32,000 nucleotides of DNA from Crocosphaera subtropica ATCC 51142 (GCF_000017845.1 NC_010547.1:60001-92000), one strand, 5' to 3'; positions 1-8,535 are shown, counted from the first letter of the stretch. Numbers and translations are program-made. The notes: a model not told the origin generated them from the letters alone.

Positions 1-1
1 T

Positions 2-889
2 ATTAAGATTCAGGAAGAAATCGGCTTAGATGTCCTAGTACACGGGGAATTTGAACGGACAGATATGGTGGAATATTTTGGGCAACAGTTAGACGGTTTC
101 GCCTTTACCCAACAGGGATGGGTACAAAGTTACGGCAGTCGTTATGTGCGTCCTCCCATTATTTTCGGCGATGTGGTGCGAACTGCACCGATGACTGTCC
201 AAGAATACCAATTTGCTCAATCTTTGACCGAAAAACCCGTCAAAGGAATGTTAACTGGCCCAGTCACCATTCTTAACTGGTCTTTCCCTCGTAGCGATAT
301 TTCTCGTCAAGAACAAGCCTATCAAATTGCGATCGCTATACAAGAAGAAGTCACAGACTTAGAAAAAGCGGGTGCAAAAATGATTCAAGTGGATGAACCT
401 GCATTTCGGGAAGGTTTACCCTTAAAACAGGAAAAATGGTCTGATTATCTTTCCTGGGCTGTGGATGCCTTTCGTTTAGCCACTGCCAGTGTACAACCCC
501 AAACCCAAATTCACACCCATATGTGTTATTCCGAGTTTGGCGACATTATCCAAGACATTGAACGCTTAGACGCAGACGTGATTTCCATTGAAAACAGTCG
601 TAGCAATAATCGTACCTTAGAAGAAGTCGCCGAAGGAGGCTATTCTCATCAAATTGGTAATGGAGTTTATGATATCCATTCCCCCGTTATCCCAACCGTA
701 GAACAGTTAACCCAACAATTAAAAACCGGAATTTCTACTCTTCCCTTAGAACAAATTTGGGTCAACCCTGATTGTGGGTTAAAAACCAGACGTTGGGAGG
801 AAGTGATTCCTTCATTGAAAAATATGGTCGAAGCAACCCGAAAAGTCCGAGAAGAGATTGATTTATCGACCCATCATCAAAATTTATAA
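2..889 (+). CDS. metE: Cobalamin-independent methionine synthase, C-terminal catalytic part (5' end lies outside the window)
   Basis: The frame is open from base 2 ([26 protein letters not shown]...). MetE Zn-ligand signatures HTHMCYSEF and NPDCGLKTR are present. Confidence 0.9.
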   Translation: MKIQEEIGLDVLVHGEFERTDMVEYFGQQLDGFAFTQQGWVQSYGSRYVRPPIIFGDVVRTAPMTVQEYQFAQSLTEKPVKGMLTGPVTILNWSFPRSDISRQEQAYQIAIAIQEEVTDLEKAGAKMIQVDEPAFREGLPLKQEKWSDYLSWAVDAFRLATASVQPQTQIHTHMCYSEFGDIIQDIERLDADVISIENSRSNNRTLEEVAEGGYSHQIGNGVYDIHSPVIPTVEQLTQQLKTGISTLPLEQIWVNPDCGLKTRRWEEVIPSLKNMVEATRKVREEIDLSTHHQNL

Positions 890-1003
890 CCTGTTACTCC
901 CTTTCACCCAATCAAGCAAAAGCCCAATTCTTATAAGCGGAATGTTAGGATTAAGTCAACAACGCAAATACCAAAAATAACTTGTTGATAAGTGAGGAGA
1001 AAA

Positions 1004-1465
1004 ATGTTACCAAATAATATCCAAGATTGGCAACAAACCTTCATCGAAACTAACTTTATTGTTCTGGGTTTTAATGCTTGGAATGGGTATCTAAAATCTG
1101 GACGAGGGGTAATTGTGTGTAGTACCAATTCCCCTTCCATTAATCGTTTTGGGGAAAGCTTTAAAACTCATTTTGTTCCTCGTTCTCGCCTCGCTCCTTT
1201 TTTAAATGCTTGGTTGGCCGCCCCTGATACGGTCATTGTAAAAGGACATTTTATGACGGATCATATTTTAGAGGCAGTTGATAATTATGATCCGAATCGA
1301 GCTGTTATTTTACTGTTAGAGTTAGGAGAAAATTGTTCATTTTTTTATCTAAAAGAATTGCCCTTATCTCCTCCAAAGTGTCACCAAACAATTTTTAAAA
1401 CTTGGGATGAATTTAAGTTATCTCAAGGGAAATTAAAACCAACCTGTGACACAAAAAATCATTGA
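1004..1465 (+). CDS. Conserved hypothetical protein (no family recognised)
   Basis: Long ORF with ATG at 1004 preceded by GAGGAG (995-1000). The track ORF starts at GTG 992. I recognise no motif. Confidence 0.5.
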   Translation: MLPNNIQDWQQTFIETNFIVLGFNAWNGYLKSGRGVIVCSTNSPSINRFGESFKTHFVPRSRLAPFLNAWLAAPDTVIVKGHFMTDHILEAVDNYDPNRAVILLLELGENCSFFYLKELPLSPPKCHQTIFKTWDEFKLSQGKLKPTCDTKNH

Positions 1466-1528
1466 TAATTTAGACTATGTTACAATTTAAAATTGGTTTT
1501 TAATTATACATAAGGTGTGAGTGATTGT

Positions 1529-3286
1529 ATGTCAAATTTATTTTTTGTTTTCAAAATATCAGCGTTTGTTTTTGGTATGATTTCCCTATCAACAACAGTA
1601 AACGCTTTACCAGAGGAAAATTTTCCCAGAAAACAGTTTCAGAACAGTTCCGTAAACTCTGAGACTGCTCAAAAAGCGAATGTTTCAGCCTCACAAGAAA
1701 CCTCCCCTGTTCTTACACTACCTAAACCCGATCACAACTTTCACTTAAGACAGTCTCGTGATGGCTTTTTAAACCCGGCCAGTCGTCGTCAACGTTCCAT
1801 GTCTCAAGTCACCAGTGTTTCGGAATTACAAGACATTTCCCCTACCGACTGGGCCTATGAAGCCCTGCGGGGACTGGTAGAACGGTATGGCTGTATTGTG
1901 GGGTATCCTGATCGTACCTTTCGAGGCAATAGGGCTTTATCTCGTTACGAGTTTGCTGCTGGCTTAAATGCCTGTATGAATACTATAGAACGATTAATCC
2001 AGGAAAATGTTGCTGTTTTACGGGAAGACATCGAAAAATTGAAGCGGTTGGCACAGGAATTTGAACAAGAATTGATCGCTTTGGGCGCAAGGTTGCGCAA
2101 TTTAGAGGAACGGGTCGCTTATCTCGAAGATCATCAGTTTTCTACTACAACTAAGTTAACTGGAGAGTTTGTGGTTGGTTTAACCGGTATTACCAGTGGA
2201 GAAAGAGACGGAGGCAGCGAAGAAATTAACAAAGTTACTAACTTCGGTTACAGGGGACGACTGGAACTTAATACTACGTTTGACGGCAATGATTTGCTCT
2301 ATACCCGTCTTGCAACTGGTACTGTACCCGCCTATTCTGACATTACAGGGACGTTTGAAGGAGAATTAGGCTTTTCGCAGCCTGACGGGAGCGATCTCGC
2401 CGTAGAACTCATTATTTACGAGTTTGACCTGGCAGAGAATATCAGAATGTTTGTTGAACCGGTTGGGGGTGCATTTGATGACTTTGTACCAACAGTGAAC
2501 TTTTTAGACGGTGACGGGGCGTTTGGTGCCATTTCTGCCTTTGGTAGTCGTAACCCCATCTATTATATGGGTGAAGGTCCAGGAATTGGCTTCCAGGGTC
2601 GTTTATTTGAGGTATTTGAGTGGAGTGGGGGTTATTTAGCAACAGATGGTAATGATCCCTCCTTGGGTGCCGGGATGTTTAATGGTCCTTATGGGTTAAT
2701 AGGACAATTTGCTTATGAACCCAGTGACCGATTAAAAGTAGCGTTTACCTATGTTCATGGTTACAATAATTTGGACTCCGGAACAGGAACCCTTCGCTCC
2801 AATTTTCAAACCTTTGTTGAAGAAGAATTTGAGCAGTCGGTTAACACGGTTAATAATTCCTACGGGGTTGAATTTACTTGGCGTATTTTTGATCGGTTTG
2901 TGTTAGGCGGTTGGGGCGGTTTTACTAGCACGAGAACCCTTAATGCTATTGATGCTGGTGACGAGTTTGATGTTATCCAACGGGGTAAGTTAGATATTTG
3001 GAATTGGGCGGCAACCTTAGCCTTTCCTGATGCGTTTAAAGAGGGAGATACGGGAGCAATTATTGTTGGTATGGAACCGTGGATTTCTAAGGCCGATATT
3101 AATTTTCCTGATGATTTAAGAAGAACGGATCAAGATAGTTCTTTTCATATTGAGGCAATTTATCAATATCCTATTAATGACAATATCGTAATTACCCCTG
3201 GAATTATTGTTATTACTGAGCCTGATTTTGATGACCGAAATGAGGCTTTAGTTATCGGTACTATTCGTACCACTTTTACATTTTAA
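1529..3286 (+). CDS. Cyanobacterial outer-membrane porin: signal peptide + SLH domain + coiled coil + OprB-type beta-barrel
   Basis: Signal peptide MSNLFFVFKISAFVFGMISLSTTVNA. SLH motif DISPTDWAYEALRGLVERYGCIVGYPDRTFRGNRALSRYEFAAGLNAC, then a heptad-rich segment. The C-terminal part is Gly/aromatic-rich and ends in F. The ORF is also open from GTG 1517. Confidence 0.85.
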   Translation: MSNLFFVFKISAFVFGMISLSTTVNALPEENFPRKQFQNSSVNSETAQKANVSASQETSPVLTLPKPDHNFHLRQSRDGFLNPASRRQRSMSQVTSVSELQDISPTDWAYEALRGLVERYGCIVGYPDRTFRGNRALSRYEFAAGLNACMNTIERLIQENVAVLREDIEKLKRLAQEFEQELIALGARLRNLEERVAYLEDHQFSTTTKLTGEFVVGLTGITSGERDGGSEEINKVTNFGYRGRLELNTTFDGNDLLYTRLATGTVPAYSDITGTFEGELGFSQPDGSDLAVELIIYEFDLAENIRMFVEPVGGAFDDFVPTVNFLDGDGAFGAISAFGSRNPIYYMGEGPGIGFQGRLFEVFEWSGGYLATDGNDPSLGAGMFNGPYGLIGQFAYEPSDRLKVAFTYVHGYNNLDSGTGTLRSNFQTFVEEEFEQSVNTVNNSYGVEFTWRIFDRFVLGGWGGFTSTRTLNAIDAGDEFDVIQRGKLDIWNWAATLAFPDAFKEGDTGAIIVGMEPWISKADINFPDDLRRTDQDSSFHIEAIYQYPINDNIVITPGIIVITEPDFDDRNEALVIGTIRTTFTF

Positions 3287-3427
3287 TAGACTAGAAGTGT
3301 CATGAAAAATTGAGTTTAATTGTGTAAATGTATGGGTTAATTGAGTGGAATCATCGGTTTGTGTGGCTTCTGGGCTTTCGTCCTCTTATCGTCAACAGTT
3401 AGGAGGGCGTTTAAAAATAGTATTAAA

Positions 3428-4756
3428 CTAGAGTCTTACACTGGGCAATAATAAATCCATTCCTGCTTGATAGGTTAAGACCCAACCAACGATAAAAACA
3501 ATCATAGCACTGACAATTGATAAAATTTTTGTCATTTTAATCTGATGAGGAAGACGTTCAAATAAGGATTTAGTATTGATTAGTAGCAAACCTAAAGCAG
3601 TTAAGGTTCCTGCTAATCCCAAACAGAAAATTAAAACTAACAAAATTCCCCAACCAATTTGACCTAAGGCAACCGTACTAAACAGTAAAACCAGAGCTGA
3701 GGGACAAGGAACTAAGCCTCCTGCAATACCTAAAGTCAACAAACTCCCCCAACTGATAGAGTCTGTGTCACCATCTACCGGGAGATGGCTATGAGTATGA
3801 TGGGAATGGTCATGAGCATGATGAACATGATCGTGATTGTGAGTATGATGGGAATGGTCATGGGTGTGAAAACTTGTTGTTTGATAAAGCAACAGACGCT
3901 TTTTTAATAGCTGAAAACCCAAAGCAACCACCATTAACCCTGAGAGCAAACTCAACCAAGGGATAAACACCGTCGGTAGAAAATACTGGGAAGCCACCAA
4001 AATAAGAAACCCTAACATTAACACCCCTATAGTATGAGTGACAGTTGTGGTTAAGGCTAAAAATAGAGCGTGTTTGGCTTTAGCCTTCGTTCCAACTAAA
4101 TAAGCTCCTACGAGGGTTTTTCCGTGTCCAGGGGATAAAGCATGAGCAGCACCCCAAACAAAAGCCCCAAATAATGCCACCAGAGAACCTGTTCCTAAGT
4201 ATGGAGGTGTGTTAAGTAGGTCTATTTCTAGGGTAGGTTGATAGGGGGTAAACAGATAATTGACCTTTTGACCGTTGCGAAAAATAGTAGTTAGACAGCG
4301 AGCATTAGGGGAATTATCCAATAATTCATAATCTATTTTTATTTTATCCACTGGATGTAACCAAGTGTAAGTTAACCCAAGGGTGCTATGGGTATTTTGA
4401 CCTGGAAAATTCCCTGGCAGTAATTGTTGATCGGTGGCTTCTACTTTTAGTGTGGCTGAATGTCCGTGACTATCGTTTAAACGAAGATGACTGGTGAAAA
4501 AATTCTGTAGTTGTTGTTGATTATCAGTAATTTCTGCGGTAGATAACTGAAAATCATGATTTGTATCAGCAAAATCTAGTAAATTACTGGGTATAGCTAA
4601 GGTAATGCGAGTCATTAAAGGTTCAACGTTAATGTGAGCAACGGCTAAATCCGTACCATGACCATGAAGTGGCTGTATCCTGAATATTGACCATCCTAGT
4701 GATATTAAACAAGTTAATACAGCAAGAATAAGCATTTTTTTGCCTGTTTTTACCAT
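3428..4756 (-). CDS. RcnA/NicO-family metal (Ni/Co/Zn-type) transporter with an extra N-terminal periplasmic domain and a His-rich loop
   Basis: GAAHALSPGHGKT and GGLVPCPSALVLLF match the RcnA signature segments (E. coli GALHGLEPGHSKT / GGLIPCPAAITVLL). His-rich loop HTHDHSHHTHNHDHVHHAHDHSHHTHSH. About 190 aa of non-membrane N-terminal domain follow a signal/anchor. Confidence 0.75.
   Translation of the reverse strand: MVKTGKKMLILAVLTCLISLGWSIFRIQPLHGHGTDLAVAHINVEPLMTRITLAIPSNLLDFADTNHDFQLSTAEITDNQQQLQNFFTSHLRLNDSHGHSATLKVEATDQQLLPGNFPGQNTHSTLGLTYTWLHPVDKIKIDYELLDNSPNARCLTTIFRNGQKVNYLFTPYQPTLEIDLLNTPPYLGTGSLVALFGAFVWGAAHALSPGHGKTLVGAYLVGTKAKAKHALFLALTTTVTHTIGVLMLGFLILVASQYFLPTVFIPWLSLLSGLMVVALGFQLLKKRLLLYQTTSFHTHDHSHHTHNHDHVHHAHDHSHHTHSHLPVDGDTDSISWGSLLTLGIAGGLVPCPSALVLLFSTVALGQIGWGILLVLIFCLGLAGTLTALGLLLINTKSLFERLPHQIKMTKILSIVSAMIVFIVGWVLTYQAGMDLLLPSVRL
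3792..3862. repeat. 23-bp perfect direct repeat (3792-3814 and 3840-3862), 48 bp apart and in frame, inside the His-rich loop of the transporter gene
   Basis: tgagtatgatgggaatggtcatg occurs twice. On the coding strand this duplicates the HDHSHHTH segment. Confidence 0.85.
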
Positions 4757-4765
4757 TGCTTTAAC

Positions 4766-4780
4766 CCATAATGATTGTTA
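4766..4780. promoter_or_regulatory. Weak Zur/Fur-like half-conserved box upstream of the RcnA-like gene
   Basis: ccataatgattgtta shares the AATGATT core and about 11 of 15 positions with the TGATAATGATTATCA boxes found later in the window. It lies only 10-25 nt from the first ATG. Confidence 0.3.
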
Positions 4781-4951
4781 CAAACCTCTGTTAATGCACA
4801 AAATAAAGAAGTTTGTACGGTTAGCCCTACATTATCACATTGATTTAGAAAACTGCGAAACCTAGAAATATTCTTGCTCTTGACTATGTCTTGATTATCT
4901 TTGGTTCGGTATGCACTACTATTTTTTAAAGTCAAGGTCTTGCAATACTTC

Positions 4952-4969
4952 GTTACATTGTGTTACATT
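4952..4969 (+). promoter_or_regulatory. HLR1 element (RpaB-type high-light regulatory direct repeat) upstream of hli
   Basis: GTTACATT-GT-GTTACATT exactly fits the published HLR1 pattern (G/T)TTACA(T/A)(T/A)-N2-(G/T)TTACA(T/A)(T/A). It ends 34 nt before the hli ATG. Confidence 0.65.
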
Positions 4970-5002
4970 TCTTAATGTAGATAGTTAATAAAAAATAAAT
5001 TT

Positions 5003-5215
5003 ATGACTTCCCGCAGTTATGTAACCGAAGAACAAGGCCGTTTAAATAACTATGCTATTGAACCCAAAATGTATGTTGACCAAAAGAAACAATTTGGATT
5101 TAATAAATATGCAGAGAAACTCAATGGCCGTCTTGCCATGATTGGATTTATTTCATTATTAGCATTTGAAAGCTTAACTGGACAAGGTTTAGTCACTTGG
5201 CTAACTAATCTCTAG
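5003..5215 (+). CDS. hli: High-light-inducible protein (Hlip/Scp, single-helix CAB family)
   Basis: 70 aa with the chlorophyll-binding helix motif AEKLNGRLAMIGFISLLAFE. An HLR1 box lies upstream. Confidence 0.9.
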   Translation: MTSRSYVTEEQGRLNNYAIEPKMYVDQKKQFGFNKYAEKLNGRLAMIGFISLLAFESLTGQGLVTWLTNL

Positions 5216-5250
5216 ATAAGATAACTATTTAAAATAAACTAAGATAGATG

Positions 5251-5280
5251 TGGCTGGTAAGATTTAATAGTTACCAGCCA
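5251..5280 (+). terminator. Perfect 10-bp stem-loop downstream of hli (possible terminator, no U-tract)
   Basis: tggctggtaa-gatttaatag-ttaccagcca. It is not followed by a T run, so it is a non-canonical terminator at best. Confidence 0.35.
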
Positions 5281-5402
5281 TACAACAATTGAAAAAAAAT
5301 AAAAAATACTTAAAAAGGTTAGAGAAATACCTCCCTATCGGATTGTAAAATAATTCAAACTTTTGATAAGATTCGTGGGGATGTTGTAGTTGGGTATTGG
5401 GT

Positions 5403-6200
5403 ATGCACTCTTTTGCGAAAAAACTATTTTGGATAATTGCTTTATCACCATTATTAATCAGTCAACCTGTTTTTGCTCATGTGATTTGGTTTGAGCCACT
5501 CAACAATAATCAATACGAAATTATTTTCGGTCATCCTGAACTTAATCAACCTGAGCCTCTTCTTTTAGATAAGTTCCAAGAAGCCAGAGCCTATGATGAA
5601 AATAAAATGCTTATTCCTAGCACAACCCTGTTTGAGAATGACCGTTTATTCATTAATACAAATACTTCCGTCGCAGCTTTAACTGCTTTTTATGATAATG
5701 GTTTTTGGCGACAAAATCCCGATGACACTTTTGATAATATTACTCAAGAAGAAGCAGAAGCGATAAACTACGAAAATGTTTCTCAATTTGTTAAATATGC
5801 TAAGGGACTATATCAGTGGAATGATACCTTATCACAACCTTTTGGTTTACCCATAGAAATCATAGCTTTAGAAAATCCATTTAAGTTACAAGATGGAGAT
5901 AATCTGCCCATTCAAGTATTATTTGAAGGAATGTTAATTGATAATCCTTTAGTAGAATATTTAGGACAGACAATTAGTGTTAACGAGGAAGGAATTGCCT
6001 TAATTCCGATTGGTGCATCAGGATTACAAGTGATTGAAGCAAGTTATACCGACCCTAACTCTGAAAATCCGACGATTTCTTACGCTGCGACCTTTACCTC
6101 ACAATCTGTTCCTGAACCACAAACTCTAGGATTATTAATAACAACAACGGCGTTAGGAATTAATCAAAGCTTTAAAAATCGAAAGAAGAAAAAAGTTTAA
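5403..6200 (+). CDS. Secreted DUF4198-like (NikM/periplasmic metal-binding-like) protein with a C-terminal PEP-CTERM sorting signal
   Basis: The signal peptide ends in VFA, followed by HVIWFEP, a His at the mature N-terminus as is typical for DUF4198. The C-terminus VPEPQTLGLLITTTALG...KNRKKKKV reads as PEP motif + TM + basic tail. Confidence 0.6.
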   Translation: MHSFAKKLFWIIALSPLLISQPVFAHVIWFEPLNNNQYEIIFGHPELNQPEPLLLDKFQEARAYDENKMLIPSTTLFENDRLFINTNTSVAALTAFYDNGFWRQNPDDTFDNITQEEAEAINYENVSQFVKYAKGLYQWNDTLSQPFGLPIEIIALENPFKLQDGDNLPIQVLFEGMLIDNPLVEYLGQTISVNEEGIALIPIGASGLQVIEASYTDPNSENPTISYAATFTSQSVPEPQTLGLLITTTALGINQSFKNRKKKKV

Positions 6201-6378
6201 AGTTCAACGAGAGAAGCCCCGACCCTGCGAAAGTGTCAGAAATGAGTTATTAAAAATAGGTCAAAATTGATTTAAAAATCCTCTCTTTTGACTTTTTTTT
6301 ATACTGCTCTGTTCTCCTTTTTAGAGAGAACAGAACAGAGCGAGCTTACGCCCACTTTGTCTTATGTGAGACTAAAAA

Positions 6379-6714
6379 CTAGATTAGTCCAGATCCTTTG
6401 CCACGAATGTCTTTATCCATAGTTAGTTTTCCCTGTCCATCTTCTGCCAAGTTTTTCAACTCGCGAACTCGTTTTTTGGCTCTTTGTTCCTCTAAAGTGC
6501 GCAAATCACCTGGAACTTCGATGTACATTTCTGGTTCTACGGCATAGTTATTAAGAAGACCTTCTCGGTCTATGGTATAACCACCTGTAGTATTGATAGC
6601 TTCTTCTTGTACTTCTTCAGGCTTAGCACCAAAGAATTCGCCTTCTCTGTTTTTACGAGCGGCAATCTCACCAGGGATGATCGCTCGGTCATATTGAGGG
6701 GTTGAGGTATTCAT
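6379..6714 (-). CDS. Small soluble conserved protein carrying an Hlip-like N-terminal motif (LLNNYAVEPEMY) but no TM helix
   Basis: A strong SD (AAGGAGG) lies upstream of the ATG. The motif G-L-LNNYAVEPEMYI parallels GRLNNYAIEPKMYV of the neighbouring Hlip. No hydrophobic segment is present. Confidence 0.65.
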   Translation of the reverse strand: MNTSTPQYDRAIIPGEIAARKNREGEFFGAKPEEVQEEAINTTGGYTIDREGLLNNYAVEPEMYIEVPGDLRTLEEQRAKKRVRELKNLAEDGQGKLTMDKDIRGKGSGLI

Positions 6715-6903
6715 AAAAACCTCCTTTAACTTTCTTTACATTTACAGCTTAACCATTTAGTCAAGTTGTTGCAACATTTATTAACAAAAAGCCCAGATTG
6801 TTAAATATATAAACAATACTGAATAGGGATTGATTTGCTCAACCCCTACGATTAATAGGTGATTTTTTATTAATCAGAGCAGTAGAAATAATTTGCTGTT
6901 AAC

Positions 6904-7443
6904 TTAAGCCTCTCGCCAAAGTTTCTGTATGTAGTCCGGCAACCAACCGGCAATCTCCTCAATCCGTTCTGCGGAAAGTTCGTCTTTAGTAGCAGAAAAC
7001 ACGGCTTTAACAGCTTGCTCTCGCTCAATCTGTGGTGCTAGTCCTCCTTCGTTGGCAGCGCGGAATAGGAAGCGATCAGAGTCGATTTTAAAGATCCCTG
7101 GACCTTGCCAAGGCGGACGTACTCGACTCAAAAATCCGACCAATGGATTGCGATCTTTCCAAAGATCAGCTACTTCCATCTGTAGTGCTTTCTCATCCGT
7201 CGACATAACCTCTTGGTGTAGTTCTCCTTCGACGCGATCGGCTGTTTCTGTCTCCATTAAATCGCGCATGATCCGAAATACTACGTCAGTAAAGTCTCTT
7301 GCATCATAGGGATCAGCAAACCCCCCTTTGACCATGACTTTCTCCAAAAATGAGCGATTCTCGTCAGCGATGACGGTTCTGGAATCTTCTAACTCCGTCG
7401 AATCGATTTCGGGCAGATTTTTCTTTAATGTTTCATCCGGCAT
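6904..7443 (-). CDS. DUF2267-like conserved hypothetical protein
   Basis: Two-repeat helical protein with [19 protein letters not shown]... and ...[31 protein letters not shown], resembling DUF2267. The ORF is open to 7473, but ATG 7443 (MPDETLKK) is the more likely start. Confidence 0.55.
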   Translation of the reverse strand: MPDETLKKNLPEIDSTELEDSRTVIADENRSFLEKVMVKGGFADPYDARDFTDVVFRIMRDLMETETADRVEGELHQEVMSTDEKALQMEVADLWKDRNPLVGFLSRVRPPWQGPGIFKIDSDRFLFRAANEGGLAPQIEREQAVKAVFSATKDELSAERIEEIAGWLPDYIQKLWREA

Positions 7444-7550
7444 TTTTTTTTGGTGCTTTCTAATGTAAAACAATTTTGTCTATATAAATAAATTTACATA
7501 GGTTGAAACATTTAGCATCCCTCGGAAGAGGGATAAACGTTTCTTCAGTA

Positions 7551-7832
7551 CAGTTTGGATAAGGATTATAAGCCTCCGCAGCAGTTGCTATTTTTCTTAT
7601 AAATAAACGTGGTTGCTGCGGAAGGAGTTTGATCCAAAAATCTAGTGCGCCCCCACTCGACTTAAATGAGATCCGAGATGCAATCGCCAAAGGTGATGAA
7701 AAATGGCAACCCACATTGAGCGTAGTTTTCTTCGAGTCACGGGGATACTTTTGGTCAAAACAATTCGGAGAAATAAATATTTAGGTAAGGTTTACGGCTG
7801 GTAGCAAAGGTCTACGGGTCGTAGACTTTTTT
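7551..7832 (+). ncRNA. Candidate ncRNA 1: copy 1 of the conserved hairpin element (7551-7650, hairpin 7576-7621), a unique body and an intrinsic terminator (7810-7832)
   Basis: A 13-bp stem ccgcagcagttgc/gtggttgctgcgg carries G-U pairs valid only on the + strand. The terminator is gtctacg-ggt-cgtagac followed by TTTTTT. No credible ORF is present. Confidence 0.5.
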
Positions 7833-7837
7833 AATCT

Positions 7838-8065
7838 GCTAGCGCAGTCAAGCAAAAATTTGTATATGAGGTTTTTACAATGGCAACTAAACAACAAACC
7901 TTGGTGTTAGCCGATCTCGGTGGATCTTCAAAAGACAAGCTAGGAATTGATCTAACGAACCTAGACTCACTCTTAGAGACAATTTCTCTTCTCATTCTTA
8001 ACCGAGCAGTATTGCGATTCATCGTTGAAATCAAGCACGAAAAAATGGCTAAGTTTATGGCATAA
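7838..8065 (+). pseudogene. Decayed duplicate of the polymerase leader and first ~32 codons (7838-7978 matches 8495-8634), fused to an unrelated or degraded tail
   Basis: The leaders (gctagcgc...tgaggttttt-acaATG at 7838 vs gctagcgc...tgaggtttt-aacaATG at 8495) and MATKQQTLVLADLGGSSKDKLGIDLTNLDSLLE vs MATKQLTLVLADTDGSSKDKLGIDLTNLDSLLE match, including a ~47-nt identical run. The 61-codon ORF lacks every polymerase domain. Confidence 0.7.
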
Positions 8066-8070
8066 TCAAA

Positions 8071-8334
8071 TAGCCTCTATCTCAGTCTGGATAAAGATCA
8101 TACTTATCCGCAGCAATTACTATTTTTCTTATAAATAATCGTGGTTGCTGCGGGTATAAATCCACTAAAAAAGCTAGCGCTGATATTTGATGAAACCTGA
8201 CATCCAATAGACCAGCACCTGACAGAATCAAACAAAATTATTGTTGCGGGAAGTCGAAGATTTGAGGACGACAAGTTAATGAAGCCAAACTAAAACAACA
8301 GGTTCTGAGAAGCCGTGTCTTCTCTTTTTTTTTT
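8071..8334 (+). ncRNA. Candidate ncRNA 2: copy 2 of the conserved hairpin element (8071-8180, hairpin 8108-8153), a unique body and an intrinsic terminator (8307-8334)
   Basis: Stem ccgcagcaattac/gtggttgctgcgg. A -10-like CATAAT (8061-8066) sits just upstream. The terminator is gagaag-ccgtgt-cttctc followed by T10. Confidence 0.5.
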
Positions 8335-8382
8335 GCCGAATCATCGTCGAAATCTAGCACGAAAATACCGTCAAGATAAAGC

Positions 8383-8535
8383 TATAATGAATCAGCCTCT
8401 ATCTCAGTCTGGATAAGGATTATACCCTTCCGCAGCAGTTACTATTTTTCTTATACAAAATCGTGGTTGCTGCGGGTAAAAATTGATTCAAAAAGCTAGC
8501 GCATTTTTGCAAAAAGTTGTAATGAGGTTTTAACA
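8383..8535 (+). promoter_or_regulatory. Promoter -10 (TATAAT 8383-8388) plus the structured 5' leader of the polymerase gene: copy 3 of the conserved element (8394-8502, hairpin 8430-8475)
   Basis: A perfect TATAAT lies ~6 nt before the start of the conserved element. The 13-bp stem is ccgcagcagttac/gtggttgctgcgg with a 20-nt AU-rich loop. An SD-like TGAGG lies before ATG 8536. Confidence 0.5.

Noticed and set aside
5360-5385. TTGATAAGATTCG upstream of the DUF4198-like gene as a Zur half-site
   Set aside because: Only one GATAA half-site is present, there is no palindromic partner, and the match to the boxes elsewhere in the window is poor.
6305-6341. Bidirectional terminator hairpin (tctgttctc/gagaacaga) between the convergent genes 5403-6200 and 6379-6714
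   Set aside because: A 9-bp stem is present, but on neither strand does a U-tract follow it (the T run precedes it on the + strand). It may still be a structural element, but it is not supportable as an intrinsic terminator.
6735-6760. HLR1-like element (TTTACATTTACA) upstream of the 111-aa Hlip-motif gene
   Set aside because: The two TTACA units overlap or abut rather than being 8-mers separated by 2 nt, so the spacing does not fit HLR1.
7460-8065. ORFs 7460-7714(-), 7831-8034(-) and 7880-8065(+) as real protein genes
   Set aside because: They overlap the repeated RNA element, the terminators and the truncated polymerase fragment. They have no RBS or recognisable domains, and the minus-strand ones run antisense to conserved structure.
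7551-8502. Possible CRISPR array, suggested by the three repeated hairpin-containing elements
   Set aside because: The repeats are ~100 nt, not 25-40 nt. Spacing is irregular (~520 and ~320 bp). The copies have diverged by substitutions, and no cas genes are present.
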